NCBI RefSeq assembly: GCF_006345805.1
Contig: NC_043011.1
Location: 57,548,464 to 57,612,463, forward strand
Reading direction: 5' to 3'
Source: Octopus sinensis
Lineage: Eukaryota
Length of the DNA: 64,000 nt
Position numbers and translations under genes: made by a program. Under the pieces are notes generated by a model that searched no databases, had not been told where the DNA came from, and worked only from the letters and a program-made list of their open reading frames with translations. Below are positions 27,471-39,085 of the stretch, piece after piece (the first letter of the stretch is position 1; each line of letters opens with the position of its first letter).

Positions 27471-27533
27471 TACTTAGTGGTTAAGAGCGCAGGCTACTAA
27501 CCCCAAGATTCCGAATTCGATTCCAGGCAGTGA

Positions 27534-27598
<65 letters not shown>

Positions 27599-27674
27599 GG
27601 AAAACACTCGGCGAGAAACGGAAGAAAATTTGAAGAAAGAAGGAAAAAACATAATAATAATAATAATAATAATA

Positions 27675-27713
<39 letters not shown>

Positions 27714-27860
27714 GCAATGATAGGAATGAGAACTCAGATTCGAAATTTCCCCAAGGCACCTGATGAAGACTGGAGGGTATATCAGCCGAAACGTTGTGTT
27801 AACAACAAAGAAGATGGGGGCAAATATCCGTCAAATGTAAATAATGTAAATAATACTACT
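27471..27860 (+). mobile_element. SINE-like family E: tRNA-like head + (AAT)n/(GAT)n spacer + Penelope-like hammerhead tail
   Basis: Head TAGTGGTTAAGAGCGCAGGCTACTAACCCCAAGATTCCGAATTCGATTCCAGGC has A/B boxes and resembles tRNA-Arg(ACG) by eye. Tail TAGGAATGAGAAC...CCTGATGAAG...CCGAAACGTTGTGTT...ATATCCGTCAAATGTAAATAATGTA. Related copies at 38655-38906 and 38930-39085. Confidence 0.85.
27755..27800 (+). ncRNA. type-I minimal hammerhead ribozyme, intact core; predicted cleavage after 27795 (GUU)
   Basis: GGCAC-CUGAUGA-A-GACUG-GAGGGUAUAU-CAGCC-GAAA-CG-UU-GUGUU. Stem I GGCAC/GUGUU, stem II GACUG/CAGCC (1 mismatch), loopless palindromic ACGU stem III. Confidence 0.75.
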
Positions 27861-28159
27861 TCTGTAGCAGATAAAAGAGTCTTATTCAACCGGTTTGCCA
27901 GCCCACTAACTGCAGCATCAATGGGTTTTCAGTCAATGTTTTGTTATATGGATGACAACCTTTTTTTTATGAGTATGCTGTTGCCAGTAGGTACATGTCA
28001 TTGACAAGGCTTAAAGAGGCAGAAATGCGCGTCTAGCAATCTCGCAACCGCTACAGAGTAATTCCTTCTGCTACTGATATATGTGTATTATTTGACATGA
28101 TACGTCCATAGGACATTTTATCTATGGATGAAATTAACGGTGAATTTGGCTTTACTCGA

Positions 28160-28463
28160 TGTAACAGGCACTCCGTTGGTTATGACGACGAGTGTTCCAG
28201 ATGATCCGATCAGCGGAGGATTCTGCTCGTGAAATTAACGTGCGAGTGTCTGAGCACTTTACAGACACACGTATTCTTAACGTAGTGTTCAGGGAGGTTT
28301 AGCATGACACACCGAATGTAACAAAACTGGTCCATTGAAATACAAGTACAATTCATTTCTGGAGCAACGAGAAATAAAGTGTCTTGCTCAAGGACACAAC
28401 GCGTCGTCGGGAATCGAATCCACGATATTATGATCATAAACCTAATAACTAAACCACGCGCCT
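28160..28463 (-). mobile_element. tRNA-derived SINE family D, near full length
   Basis: Head GGCGCGTGGTTTAGT...GATTCGATTCCC on the minus strand; TTGCTCAAGGACACAAC core shared with family C. Confidence 0.8.
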
Positions 28464-30175
28464 TGACATGTAAACGATGTATTTACATTGAGTATGATAC
28501 GTAGATGGCTATTTAATTTAATTTACGTCTTCTGTTGTACATAACGGATGTCTACAAACCTAAATCATTCAGCTGGTTTCCTTTTGGATTTTGCCTTCGT
28601 CAATTTACATATATTTTTCTCCTGTCTCACCTTGGTCTATATACCTTACTTGTACGAAATATACCTGATGTATCCGAGGTCAAAGGAATATTATTTATTA
28701 AATTTACTAGAACGGAAAGAATGATGTTGATGTAATTTGGATGGATAATGAGAAAAAAAAAACTGCCAATAAGTGTAATGCAATTGGAAAAAAACAAGAA
28801 ATCTGTTTCTTTTAAATGAACGCGTATGAGAAATATTAACGAATATTAGCGATATAGATAGAGCAGAGATTAATCGGAATTACAGATGTGTACAAACATG
28901 CAAATATAAATGCTTATGCACCCACCACCACACTTAATGTACCAATGCTATTTACCGCTTCAGTACAAAGGCTTGTAGTGAATAAAACCAAACACCCAAC
29001 AACAGAAACAGTCTGGTTCCGTCCAATATATTTCACTCAAAGTAATTTGGCTGAAACAAAGGGGCAGAGATTAAGTTAGAACCCGTGACTCAACATGCCA
29101 CCGAATAAAATCGAAACCGAAACGCCATTGGTGCGAAGTGAATTTCTTAACCACATGGCTATATCAGCTTCCATGGTTATAAAAGAAGAGGAGATTAAAA
29201 GGGGCTGTAGGTGGCTAGTGTAAATAAGTGTTTCTGCCACATGTGTAGATGATGTCTATCTTCCATATGTGTAGGTGATAGACTGTAAGTTGAGAGAAAT
29301 TGCTTTATTTCACAAATAATAGTAATAAAGGAATAGGAAAAATGACCATTATTTATTTCACAACTGCCATCAGGGTCCATGCGACTCGAACAAGAATTAC
29401 TTTCTCGATATGGCTCACAACTTTCTACCTGATAATTGATATAGAGACTTGCCTTAGTCGTCATGTTAGTTCAGCGTATTGGTGAGGTTACTTCGAAGTA
29501 AAATACAGAACATTAAAAAGGGCACAGGCCGCAATTCATTACGTAACACAGCGCTATTGATAATTTCAAACATAGACACAAAACTGAATATTCAAAAGGA
29601 AAGAATCGAGTTGATTAAATCGACCTCAATACTTGATTGATACTTTATTGTATAGGATCGTGAAGGGTGGAAAATAAATTTGATTTCGTTGAGACTTGAA
29701 CCTCGAATGTAAAGAAGCTGAACTAATACCGTAAACTATGTCAGTTGCGCCCTCGATTCCGCCAATAACCCATCATGGACTCGAAAGAGTGACGCGAAAA
29801 TTTGGCTATAGAAGACTAAGAATCCAGCGCACAAAATGACGGGTCGTAAATCACAAACATGTTATCAGGAGCACTGTTGTCGGCATTTTTGCCGCCTCAG
29901 TGTTGAAATTACTGAGTAATTAATTATATAATAAGGCAAGAATTATAAAATTATGTTTTAAAACAAGAAGTACATGTTAAAAATAAACCGATACAACGGC
30001 TGATGAAATAAATTTGGTATATTAATTTATGAGGTGACCGAGATTGGGCGACGCGGGACTAAACGAATTATTCTAATTGTGTCCATTTTCTTTCATTCTT
30101 CGTTCAAAGGATCTTAGAAATTAAAATGCAAGTAATTGACTGCATTAATCAACTGTATTATTTTCCCACCAAACG

Positions 30176-31180
30176 GTGGCGAGCTTAGCGGAATCGTTAG
30201 CACGTCGGGCAAAATATGCTTCACTGCATTGTAGCAGTTCCAACGTTCTAAGCTCGACTTAGCTTTTTATCCATTCGAGGTCGATTGAATATTTACCGGT
30301 TGAACAATGGAGTCGATCTAATGGAGTAGACACTTCACTGATATTTCATGCAAAGGATAATTTTCTTCGTAAAAAGGTGGCGAGCAGGCAGAATCGTAAG
30401 CACGTCAAAGAAAATGCTTTAACAGCATTTCTTCCGACTCATTACGTTCTGATTTCAAATTTCAAAGTGCGTAACGATGCCTTTGATCCTCTCAGGTTCC
30501 ATATAAGAAAGCATTTGTCAAGTAGAGGGGTGATAGTATTTATTTCTTTATTGCCCACAGAGGGCTAAACATAAAGGGGGACACACAAGGACAGACACAG
30601 GGATTACATCGACCCCAGTGCGTAACTGGTACTTAATTTATCGACCCCGAAAGGATGAAAGGCAAAGTCGACCTCGGCGGAATTTGAACTCAGAACGTAA
30701 CGGCAGACGAGTTCGGTGATTGTATTGACTAAACTCCACTCCCTTCAAAATTTCAAGCCTTCTATTAAAATCTTAAAGTTTTGAACTCTGAGTCTTAAAA
30801 AATTCTTCATAGTTTCTTCATTTATATCGATTATGGTGAAGTGGTTTCCTTGCCTAGTGATTGGTTTCAAATTGACTTCCGCTGCAAGGCACGTTGAATA
30901 GCCGTCGTTTATAATCATCACTGGAACTTTATGGATACTGACTATGGTTGGAAATGCCATTAGACATCATGCCCGGTGCGCTAACCATTTTGTCAGATCA
31001 CTGCCAGGCATCGATGTAAAATATTGGTATCAAATTTAGGCACGAGGCAAGCAATTTCGGAGCTGCTCGACTTGTGATTAGTTTATCAACGCCGAAAGGG
31101 TGAAAGGCAAAGTTTACCTAGGTGGAATGCCGCCAAGCATGTGTCACCGGGTGTGCTAACCATTCTTCCAGCTCACCGTC
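30176..31180. mobile_element. SINE family A cluster (best copy 30538-30712, minus; older copies flanking in both orientations)
   Basis: Repeated GGCGAGC...GAATCGTTAGCACG heads and GACCCCGAAAGGATGAAAGGCAAAGTCGACC cores. Confidence 0.8.
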
Positions 31181-31526
31181 TAATTATAAAAAAAATATTA
31201 AAGAAAATCTTTTCTCAGTTACTTGGTAACTATGTTCAGCAAATACATTTTATGCTGTATTAATTTTAGATTTCTAGTTTCTATTAAGCAAACGTTAATT
31301 ATCAGAGGGGGGGGGGGGAGCCCCATTTTTCTTCCCTTATAATGATAATTAAAATCGAAATTGACCATAAAAATAAAACTACAAACACACACACACACAC
31401 ACATCCATTTATTTCTCTCCTGTCTGTCTGTCTGTCTGTCTCTACACACACATTCACACACATTCATTTATTTTTCTCCCTCTGTCTGTCTTTACACACA
31501 CACACACACACGCTTACACGCGAGCA

Positions 31527-31570
<44 letters not shown>

Positions 31571-31879
31571 ACGTGTTTGTATTTATAGAAAAGAAATGAA
31601 ATAGGAAAAAAATCAAATATGATGAAAATAATTATAATTTTAAAAAAATAAAATAAACACTAAAAAACAAACCAAAAAATCTAAAATAATCGTTAAAAGA
31701 TCAAAATCAATGACAAAGCCGAGACTAATTGTGCTGAATCCTTCAATGTAGAATACGCTTATAATTATCTCGACAGAACTCATTGTCAAACGGGGTGGGC
31801 AGTAGTGGGTGGGTGGGAATAAATAAATGTAACGTTTGTTTCGGAGTTCAAAGCAAGAAATGTGTCATATTCAAATTGT

Positions 31880-32220
31880 AACTTTCTGTCTCTCCCCCTG
31901 TCTCTCTCCTTCTGCCTCTCCCCCTCTCTCCTTCTGTTTCTCCCTCTCTCCTTCAGTCTCACCCCCTCTCTCCTTCTGTTTCTCCCTCTCTCTCTCCTTC
32001 AGTCTCCCCCTCTCTCCTTCTGTTTCTCCCTCTCTGACTCCATCAGTCTCTCCCCTCTGTCTCTCCTTCTGTCTCTCCTTCTGTCTCTTGCCCTCTCTCT
32101 CTCTCCTTCTGTCTATCCCCCTCTCTCTCTCCTTCTGTCTCTCTCCTTCTATCTCTCTCCTTCTGTCTCTCTCCTTCTGTCCCTTTCCTGTCTCACTCTG
32201 CTTCTCTCTGTCTCTCTCCA
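31880..32220. repeat. pyrimidine-rich cryptic minisatellite (unit ~CTCTCCTTCTGTCTC)
   Basis: Direct reading; source of the SLSP/ERQKE ORFs. Confidence 0.9.
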
Positions 32221-32302
32221 TACTGAAGTCAAATCATAGAAAGATAAAACAATCTCATGGGTATAAATATATGTCACATACACACATATACATACATATG
32301 TA

Positions 32303-32345
<43 letters not shown>

Positions 32346-33070
32346 ACGCATATGTATATATATATATGTGCTTGTATGTGTGTGTGTGAATATACATACG
32401 AATGTATGCATGCACACACACACACACACACAAACACACGTGTATGTGAATGTATACACACAGAGTGTTTAGACCAATGAAATATATGTCTCAATCGATG
32501 ATCAAAGCCAAGTTTGTTGAAAGAAAGAAGAGAAATTTCTGAACTTCTCGAAACGTGTTTAGCGTAAAACTGAAACAAATAAAAAAAGGCAAATAAATAT
32601 ATAAAATAAAAACTAAATGTTCAAAAATAAATAAAAATGGAACTTACTTTTATCTGTTTATCATTTTATCTTTTTTTTTTTCTGTATGAGTGTTTCGTCT
32701 GTTGCGTAATCATATATACCAAAATAAACGTACGATTCGCTGACGAAACACAGATATCTGTTGAATTGGTGTCTAACGCAAAATTTCCTGACAAATCTCT
32801 CCCAATAGACTTTACTATGTATTTCTGCGAAGGCAATATTGCTCGATGATGGAACCGAAAGTTTGGAAAGCGAACTGTCCAATTCGAAGATAAAAACGAA
32901 ATATCTGCCAAGAATTTCAACCCAAGAACACTGAGTGTCTTGATTATATCGCTTCTCCTTATCAGCACTAATTAGTTGGAAACCGTTTGATAATCATTTT
33001 GGTTCCTGTTTCTCTAGAGGTTCTGTGCAATAAGTAGTAGAACCGTTGAGTTCAATTACACACACACACA

Positions 33071-33113
<43 letters not shown>

Positions 33114-33128
33114 ATGTTACAATTAGTC

Positions 33129-33195
33129 GGTTGTCAAAATAAAACTCAGAGATGCCTGCTCCGGCATCTCATCAGTTATAAAGACAAAACGCTAT
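33129..33195 (-). ncRNA. inactivated hammerhead, inverted partner of 33385-33448 (GAAA strand lost)
   Basis: Minus strand CUGAUGA-GAUGCCGGAGCAGGCAUCU-CUGAG-UU; the GAAA-containing segment is replaced by GCATCT. Confidence 0.7.
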
Positions 33196-33384
33196 AAAAA
33201 AAAACAAAAAAACAAAAGCACTATGAAAAAATCATATTTATAAAAAAACTCTTAAATAAGCACAACTTAAAAGTTAGTTTTAGTTCTAATAGTAACTTTA
33301 AAACTATAAATTGCACACAACAAACAAAAACAACAAAATGAAGCCGGCAGTAAAAAAGTTTTTTTTCTTTCATAGCGTTTTGTT

Positions 33385-33448
33385 TTATTAACTGATGAGA
33401 TGCCGGAGCAGATTTCAGCCTCGGTATCCGAAACTCTGAGTTTTATTA
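33385..33448 (+). ncRNA. type-I Penelope-type hammerhead; predicted cleavage after 33442 (GUU)
   Basis: UUAUUAA-CUGAUGA-GAUGCCG-(16 nt)-CGGUAUC-C-GAAA-CUC-U-GAG-UU-UUAUUA. Seven-bp stem II, CUCUGAG stem III, A/U-rich stem I with one U-U; one extra C before GAAA. Confidence 0.7.
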
Positions 33449-33896
33449 TGACAACCAACAACTTGTCACATATGATATTTATAGATAGATTCCTCTATTT
33501 TGCATTCTATCGAGGTCTCATTTATTCTCTTGTTGTCATATTATCATTGTTAATATATATATATAAAATTGAATAAGCGTAGAAATTGATATCAATCAAT
33601 TAAAACCAGTGACCTAACATATTAAAAGAATCCGAAGATTAAATTATTTTTTACATACAAAATTTAAAGGACAGACCAACTAAAAGTGGACAGTCAATAT
33701 GCTAGATATGGACGTCAAAATCGCTATTTTCCACGAAGAACGTGTTCTCAAGAAAAAACTCAGCAAAAAATCAAAGTATTTTTACACTTATGTGTGTGCA
33801 CGAGGCTATGTAACTTACGTGCGTGTTTGCAGACGCACGTGTGTATATGAAGCTATCAGACGTGTGTTTGTGTGTGCGTGTGTTTGAAGTTTGGCA

Positions 33897-33966
<70 letters not shown>

Positions 33967-34199
33967 GTGCGTGTATATATGTGTGTGTCTGTGCGTGAGT
34001 ATTTATGCACCTTGTTTTTGTATCTGGTTTGCAAGATGTGAATTAGTGTGTTGAAACAATTTTGTTGTATTTCAAGCAGGTCATTTTGCCAATAATACAC
34101 ACACGCACTGGCTCTAGTTCACTTCTATTAGTATTATTACTCAATTCATTTATATTTACTCCAGTTAAGCAGTTGATAGTGTCTGTAATGGTTCGGTCA

Positions 34200-34275
34200 G
34201 TCATCCAATCAGCTGAGTCACCAACTAAATTCCCGAGAACCTCATTTTCCCCAAACCGACAACTGTCACGTGCAC
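34200..34275. promoter_or_regulatory. dense motif cluster (CCAAT, CAGCTG, TGAGTCA, GTCACGTG); duplicated at ~35960-36035
   Basis: CCAAT 34205-34209, CAGCTG 34210-34215, AP-1-like TGAGTCA 34214-34220, GTCACGTG 34265-34272. Motif presence only. Confidence 0.2.
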
Positions 34276-34794
34276 TTTTCTCTCTTTAAGAATTGTAGGA
34301 TTTACAAAGTTTATTGTTGTAAGTTATATCTGACTTCATTTTATTGACGTTCAATTTGTAAATTTGTCGAGGAGAGTTCAGTTTCGAACGCAGGAAAATT
34401 AAAGTTACCTTTTCAGTAATAGTAGAAAAGCAATCGTGCAGCTATCATAATTGTTTAATACAACTTAACATTCATTAGGGACAACTTCAAATAAATATGT
34501 TCCACCTATGGCTAGCACGTCGAAGATGTTCTCTATGTTAATACAACTTGCAAGAAAACAGTTTTCAGTGTGTCATTTTGTTTTGAAAGACAATAGGGTA
34601 TATTGTGAAGAAATTTGTTTGGATATGTTTCTTGCTAGTTGAACAAACGCGGAGTGGATGCCTCTTCAAGAGTTCGGGGTGTTGTCAAGTGGAGCACTAA
34701 AGTTGTATAAAGGACAAAATGGATTCTACAAAGCTGATGTGGATAATCAACGATGACAGCAATAGCGTTAGCACACACACACACACCACACACA

Positions 34795-34874
<80 letters not shown>

Positions 34875-34889
34875 ATGTTACAATTAGTC

Positions 34890-34956
34890 GGTTGTCAAAA
34901 TAAAACTCAGAGATGCCTGCTCCGGCATCTCATCAGTTATAAAGACAAAACGCTAT
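34890..34956 (-). ncRNA. duplicate of the inactivated inverted hammerhead
   Basis: Same sequence as 33129-33195. Confidence 0.7.
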
Positions 34957-35144
34957 AAAAAAAAACAAAAAAACAAAAGCACTATGAAAAAATCATATTT
35001 ATAAAAAAACTCTTAATAAGCACAACTTAAAAGTTAGTTTTAGTTCTAATAGTAACTTTAAAACTATAAATTGCACACAACAAACAAAAACAACAAAATG
35101 AAGCCGGCAGTAAAAAAGTTTTTTTTCTTTCATAGCGTTTTGTT

Positions 35145-35208
35145 TTATTAACTGATGAGATGCCGGAGCAGATTTCAGCCTCGGTATCCGAAACTCTGAG
35201 TTTTATTA
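35145..35208 (+). ncRNA. duplicate of the 33385-33448 hammerhead; predicted cleavage after 35202
   Basis: Same sequence, offset 1760. Confidence 0.7.
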
Positions 35209-35683
35209 TGACAACCAACAACTTGTCACATATGATATTTATAGATAGATTCCTCTATTTTGCATTCTATCGAGGTCTCATTTATTCTCTTGTTGTCATA
35301 TTATCATTGTTAATATATATATATAAAATTGAATAAGCGTAGAAATTGATATCAATCAATTAAAACCAGTGACCTAACATATTAAAAGAATCCGAAGATT
35401 AAATTATTTTTTACATACAAAATTTAAAGGACAGACCACTAAAAGTGGACAGTCAATATGCTAGATATGGACGTCAAAATCGCTATTTTCCACGAAGAAC
35501 GTGTTCTCAAGAAAAAACTCAGCAAAAAATCAAAGTATTTTTTACACTTATGTGTGTGCACGAGGCTATGTAACTTACGTGCGTGTTTGCAGACGCACGT
35601 GTGTATATGAAGCTATCAGACGTGTGTTTGTGTGTGCGTGTGTTTGAAGTTTGGCAATCTATCTATCTATCTATCTATCTATA

Positions 35684-35726
<43 letters not shown>

Positions 35727-36529
35727 GTGCGTGTATATATGTGTGTGTCTGTGCGTGAGTATTTATGCACCTTGTTTTTGTATCTGGTTTGCAAGATGTG
35801 AATTAGTGTGTTGAAACAATTTTGTTGTATTTCAAGCAGGTCATTTTGCCAATAATACACACACGCACTGGCTCTAGTTCACTTCTATTAGTATTATTAC
35901 TCAATTCATTTATATTTACTCCAGTTAAGCAGTTGATAGTATCTGTAATGGTTCGGTCAGTCATCCAATCAGCTGAGTCACCAACTAAATTCCCGAGAAC
36001 CTCATTTTCCCCAAACCGACAACTGTCACGTGCACTTTTCTCTCTTTAAGAGTTGTAGGATTTACAAAGTTTATTGTTGTAAGTTATATCTGACTTCATT
36101 TTATTGACGTTCAATTTGTAAATTTGTCGAGGAGAGTTCAGTTTCGAACGCAGGAAAATTAAAGTTACCTTTTCAGTAATAGTAGAAAAGCAATCGTGCA
36201 TCTATCATAATTGTTTAATACAACTTAACATTCATTAGGGACAACTTCAAATAAATATGTTCCACCTATGGCTAGCACGTCGAAGATGTTCTCTATGTTA
36301 ATACAACTTGCAAGATAACAGTTTTCAGTGTGTCATTTTGTTTTGAAAGACAATAGGGTATATTGTGAAGAAATTTGTTTGGATATGTTTCTTGCTAGTT
36401 GAACAAACGCGGAGTGGATGCCTCTTCAAGAGTTCGGGGTGTTGTCAAGTGGAGCACTAAAGTTGTATAAAGGACAAAATGGATTCTACAAAGCTGATGT
36501 GGATAATCAACGATGACAGCAATAGCGTT

Positions 36530-36610
<81 letters not shown>

Positions 36611-36759
36611 CATCTCTCTCTCTCTCAAACACGTTCGCGATGGCGCTCGTATGCGAAGCCATCATGGACTTGACAATAAAATAATAACTTGACATCAATA
36701 TAACCTTACTTCATTAATGATTAAAGAGTGCAGTTAATGATTCCGATGAATGGCAAATA

Positions 36760-36764
36760 CTATA

Positions 36765-36802
<38 letters not shown>

Positions 36803-36817
36803 AATGATGACGATGAA

Positions 36818-36849
<32 letters not shown>

Positions 36850-37254
36850 CGATGAAGATGATGATGATGATGATGAAGATGATGATGATAATAATCATCT
36901 TCCTCCACATGACCCTCGTTCTACGTCTGTCTTTCTCATCTTCATTCTCGTTGTTGTCGTCCTCGGCCTCTATCGTTCGTCACTATCGTTGTTGCGCCAT
37001 CATCATCATCATTATCATCACTAGCACCACCACCACCACTATTATCATCGTTATCATTGTCATAGTCATTATATTCACCATCCGCCATCGTTATTGTTTC
37101 CACTGGCATCAACGTAATTAAAATCTCCTTGCCCCTTCCTCCACATCATCTCCGTCCTCCTCCTCCTCCTCCTCCTCCTCATCATCATCATCATCATCAT
37201 CATCACCATCACCATCATCATCATCATCATCACCATCATCATCATTATCATCAT

Positions 37255-37286
<32 letters not shown>

Positions 37287-37290
37287 TTGT
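36760..37290. repeat. (GAT)n/(CAT)n trinucleotide field
   Basis: Direct reading. Confidence 0.9.
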
Positions 37291-37466
37291 CGTAAACGAA
37301 CGTACAAAACAGCTGGTTTCTGCATAGTCAAATGAAACTACCCAATTTAATAGTTGAACCGCCTTCGGTAAAAGTTCGTTGTTCCCCTCCACAGTAGCGA
37401 TTGCGTATCTAAAACAACTTAATAAAGCAATGGGAAATTGTGATACACATACATACATACATACAT

Positions 37467-37553
<87 letters not shown>

Positions 37554-38654
37554 TAAGTGTATGTTTGTTGACATGCTTACGCACAAGCAAAAACACACAT
37601 ACACAAACGAATACGTATATGTGTCAAGTACAGTACATTCGATAACATTGTAATCAACATTTAAAATGGAACAAACGAAGCGAATTTGACTCCAAACTGT
37701 TGCAACGGATCTCAGTCAGTGGGGTTTGAATTCGGAAGGCAAAGAGATGTGACGAAATGCCTTGATGGATACCAACGCCGTGATGATGAATGGTGATGAT
37801 GTTGAATGGTGATGATGTTGAATGGTGATGAATACGATGATGACGCTACAAACACCACCATAACAACGACGACCACGGCGGCTACGACCACGGCGACTAC
37901 GACCATGGCGACCACGACCACGGCGACTACGACCATGGCGGCTACGTCCACGACGCTAGCAACAATAACAACAACAATAATAATAGTTTCAAATTTTGTC
38001 ACAAGGCCAGCAAGTTCGAGGGACGGGCGTTAGTCGATAACATGGACCCTAGTGTATATCTGGTATTTATTCCGTCGACTCCGAAAGGATGAAAGACAAA
38101 GTCACCCTCGGCTGAATTCGAACGAGTGACTCAAAGCGGCGTGTAACTTACCCCTCCCCCACACACACCCACACAAATGAAAACCTCTCTGTTTTTATTG
38201 GCTATAGGAAATCAAACTAAATTCCAAAGAGAGAAGAGAGTGTTTAGAAGAACGTGTGGCGCCGGATAGTCGATATGTTGTACAAAGCCTGGATAAGGTG
38301 AAGGCAAAAGTATTAAAAGCACCATACTAAGTTATTTAATAATAATTAACACATATTCTTGGGAAATTTGACGGGTAGATGTTGTTGCTACCATCTGTGG
38401 TTGTTTTTAGAGTAAGAGGCAGAAAGAAAGAGGTTTTGCTAAGAAATAGAAGAGAGGGAGAAATTCCCTCAAGGAGAGAAAACTGCTGACAGATTTTTCA
38501 ATTTTTGGGGGGCTTTTTTATTCGAGTGAGAGGACATATGAAAGAATATTTTTCCTGATTTTCCTGTTTTGTAAGTAGATGCAAATAACGTTATTTCGCT
38601 ATGTTTTGGAGCTTATCAATGCACAGCAACTTGGGATCGGGAGACTACATGGTC

Positions 38655-38906
38655 TAGATTATTTACATTTGACGGATATCTTGTTTGTTGTTAAACACAT
38701 CGTTTCGGCTGATATACCCTCCAGCCTTCATTAGGTGTCCTGAGGAAGTTTCAAATCTGGGTTCTCATTCCTAAGGTATTTTTCTATGTTGTTGTTGTTG
38801 TTGTTATTATTATTATTATTCAGGTCACTGCTTGGAATGGAACACGGAATCTTGAGGTTAGTAGCCTGCGCTCTTAATCACTAGGCCATATGCCCGTGGG
38901 CATATG
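38655..38906 (-). mobile_element. family E copy (tRNA head + microsatellite + hammerhead tail); ribozyme core mutated
   Basis: Head at 38821-38890. Minus-strand tail GGACAC-CUAAUGA-AGGCUG...CAGCC-GAAA-CG-AU-GUGUUU carries G5A and U16.1A changes. Hairpin CATATGCCC-GT-GGGCATATG at 38887-38906. Confidence 0.85.
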
Positions 38907-38929
38907 ATACTACTACTACTACTACTACT

Positions 38930-39085
38930 AATAAGAATAATAACATAGAAAAAAACCTTAGGAATGAGAACCCTGGTTCGAAATTTCCCCAAGACACCTG
39001 ATGAGGATTAGAAGGCATATCATAACTACAAACAAGATGAGGAGAAATATCCATCAAATGTAAATAATGTACATAATTCCTCATC
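38930..39085 (+). mobile_element. family E tail, inverted relative to 38655-38906; GAAA segment deleted
   Basis: AACATAGAAAAAAACCTTAGGAATGAGAACCC...GACACCTGATGAGG...[deletion]...AAACAAGATGAGG...ATCAAATGTAAATAATGTA. Confidence 0.8.

Larger units (their letters stand above)
33111..36610 (+). repeat. two-unit tandem duplication, period ~1760 bp, bounded by (CA)n tracts
   Basis: 33111-34871 matches 34872-36610; identical ORFs in the track are offset by 1760 (33267/35027, 34062/35822). About 7 small differences seen by eye outside the CA tracts. Confidence 0.95.

Noticed and set aside
32740-32780. CTGACGA followed by a hairpin
   Set aside because: GAAT instead of GAAA, and no stem I or III pairing.
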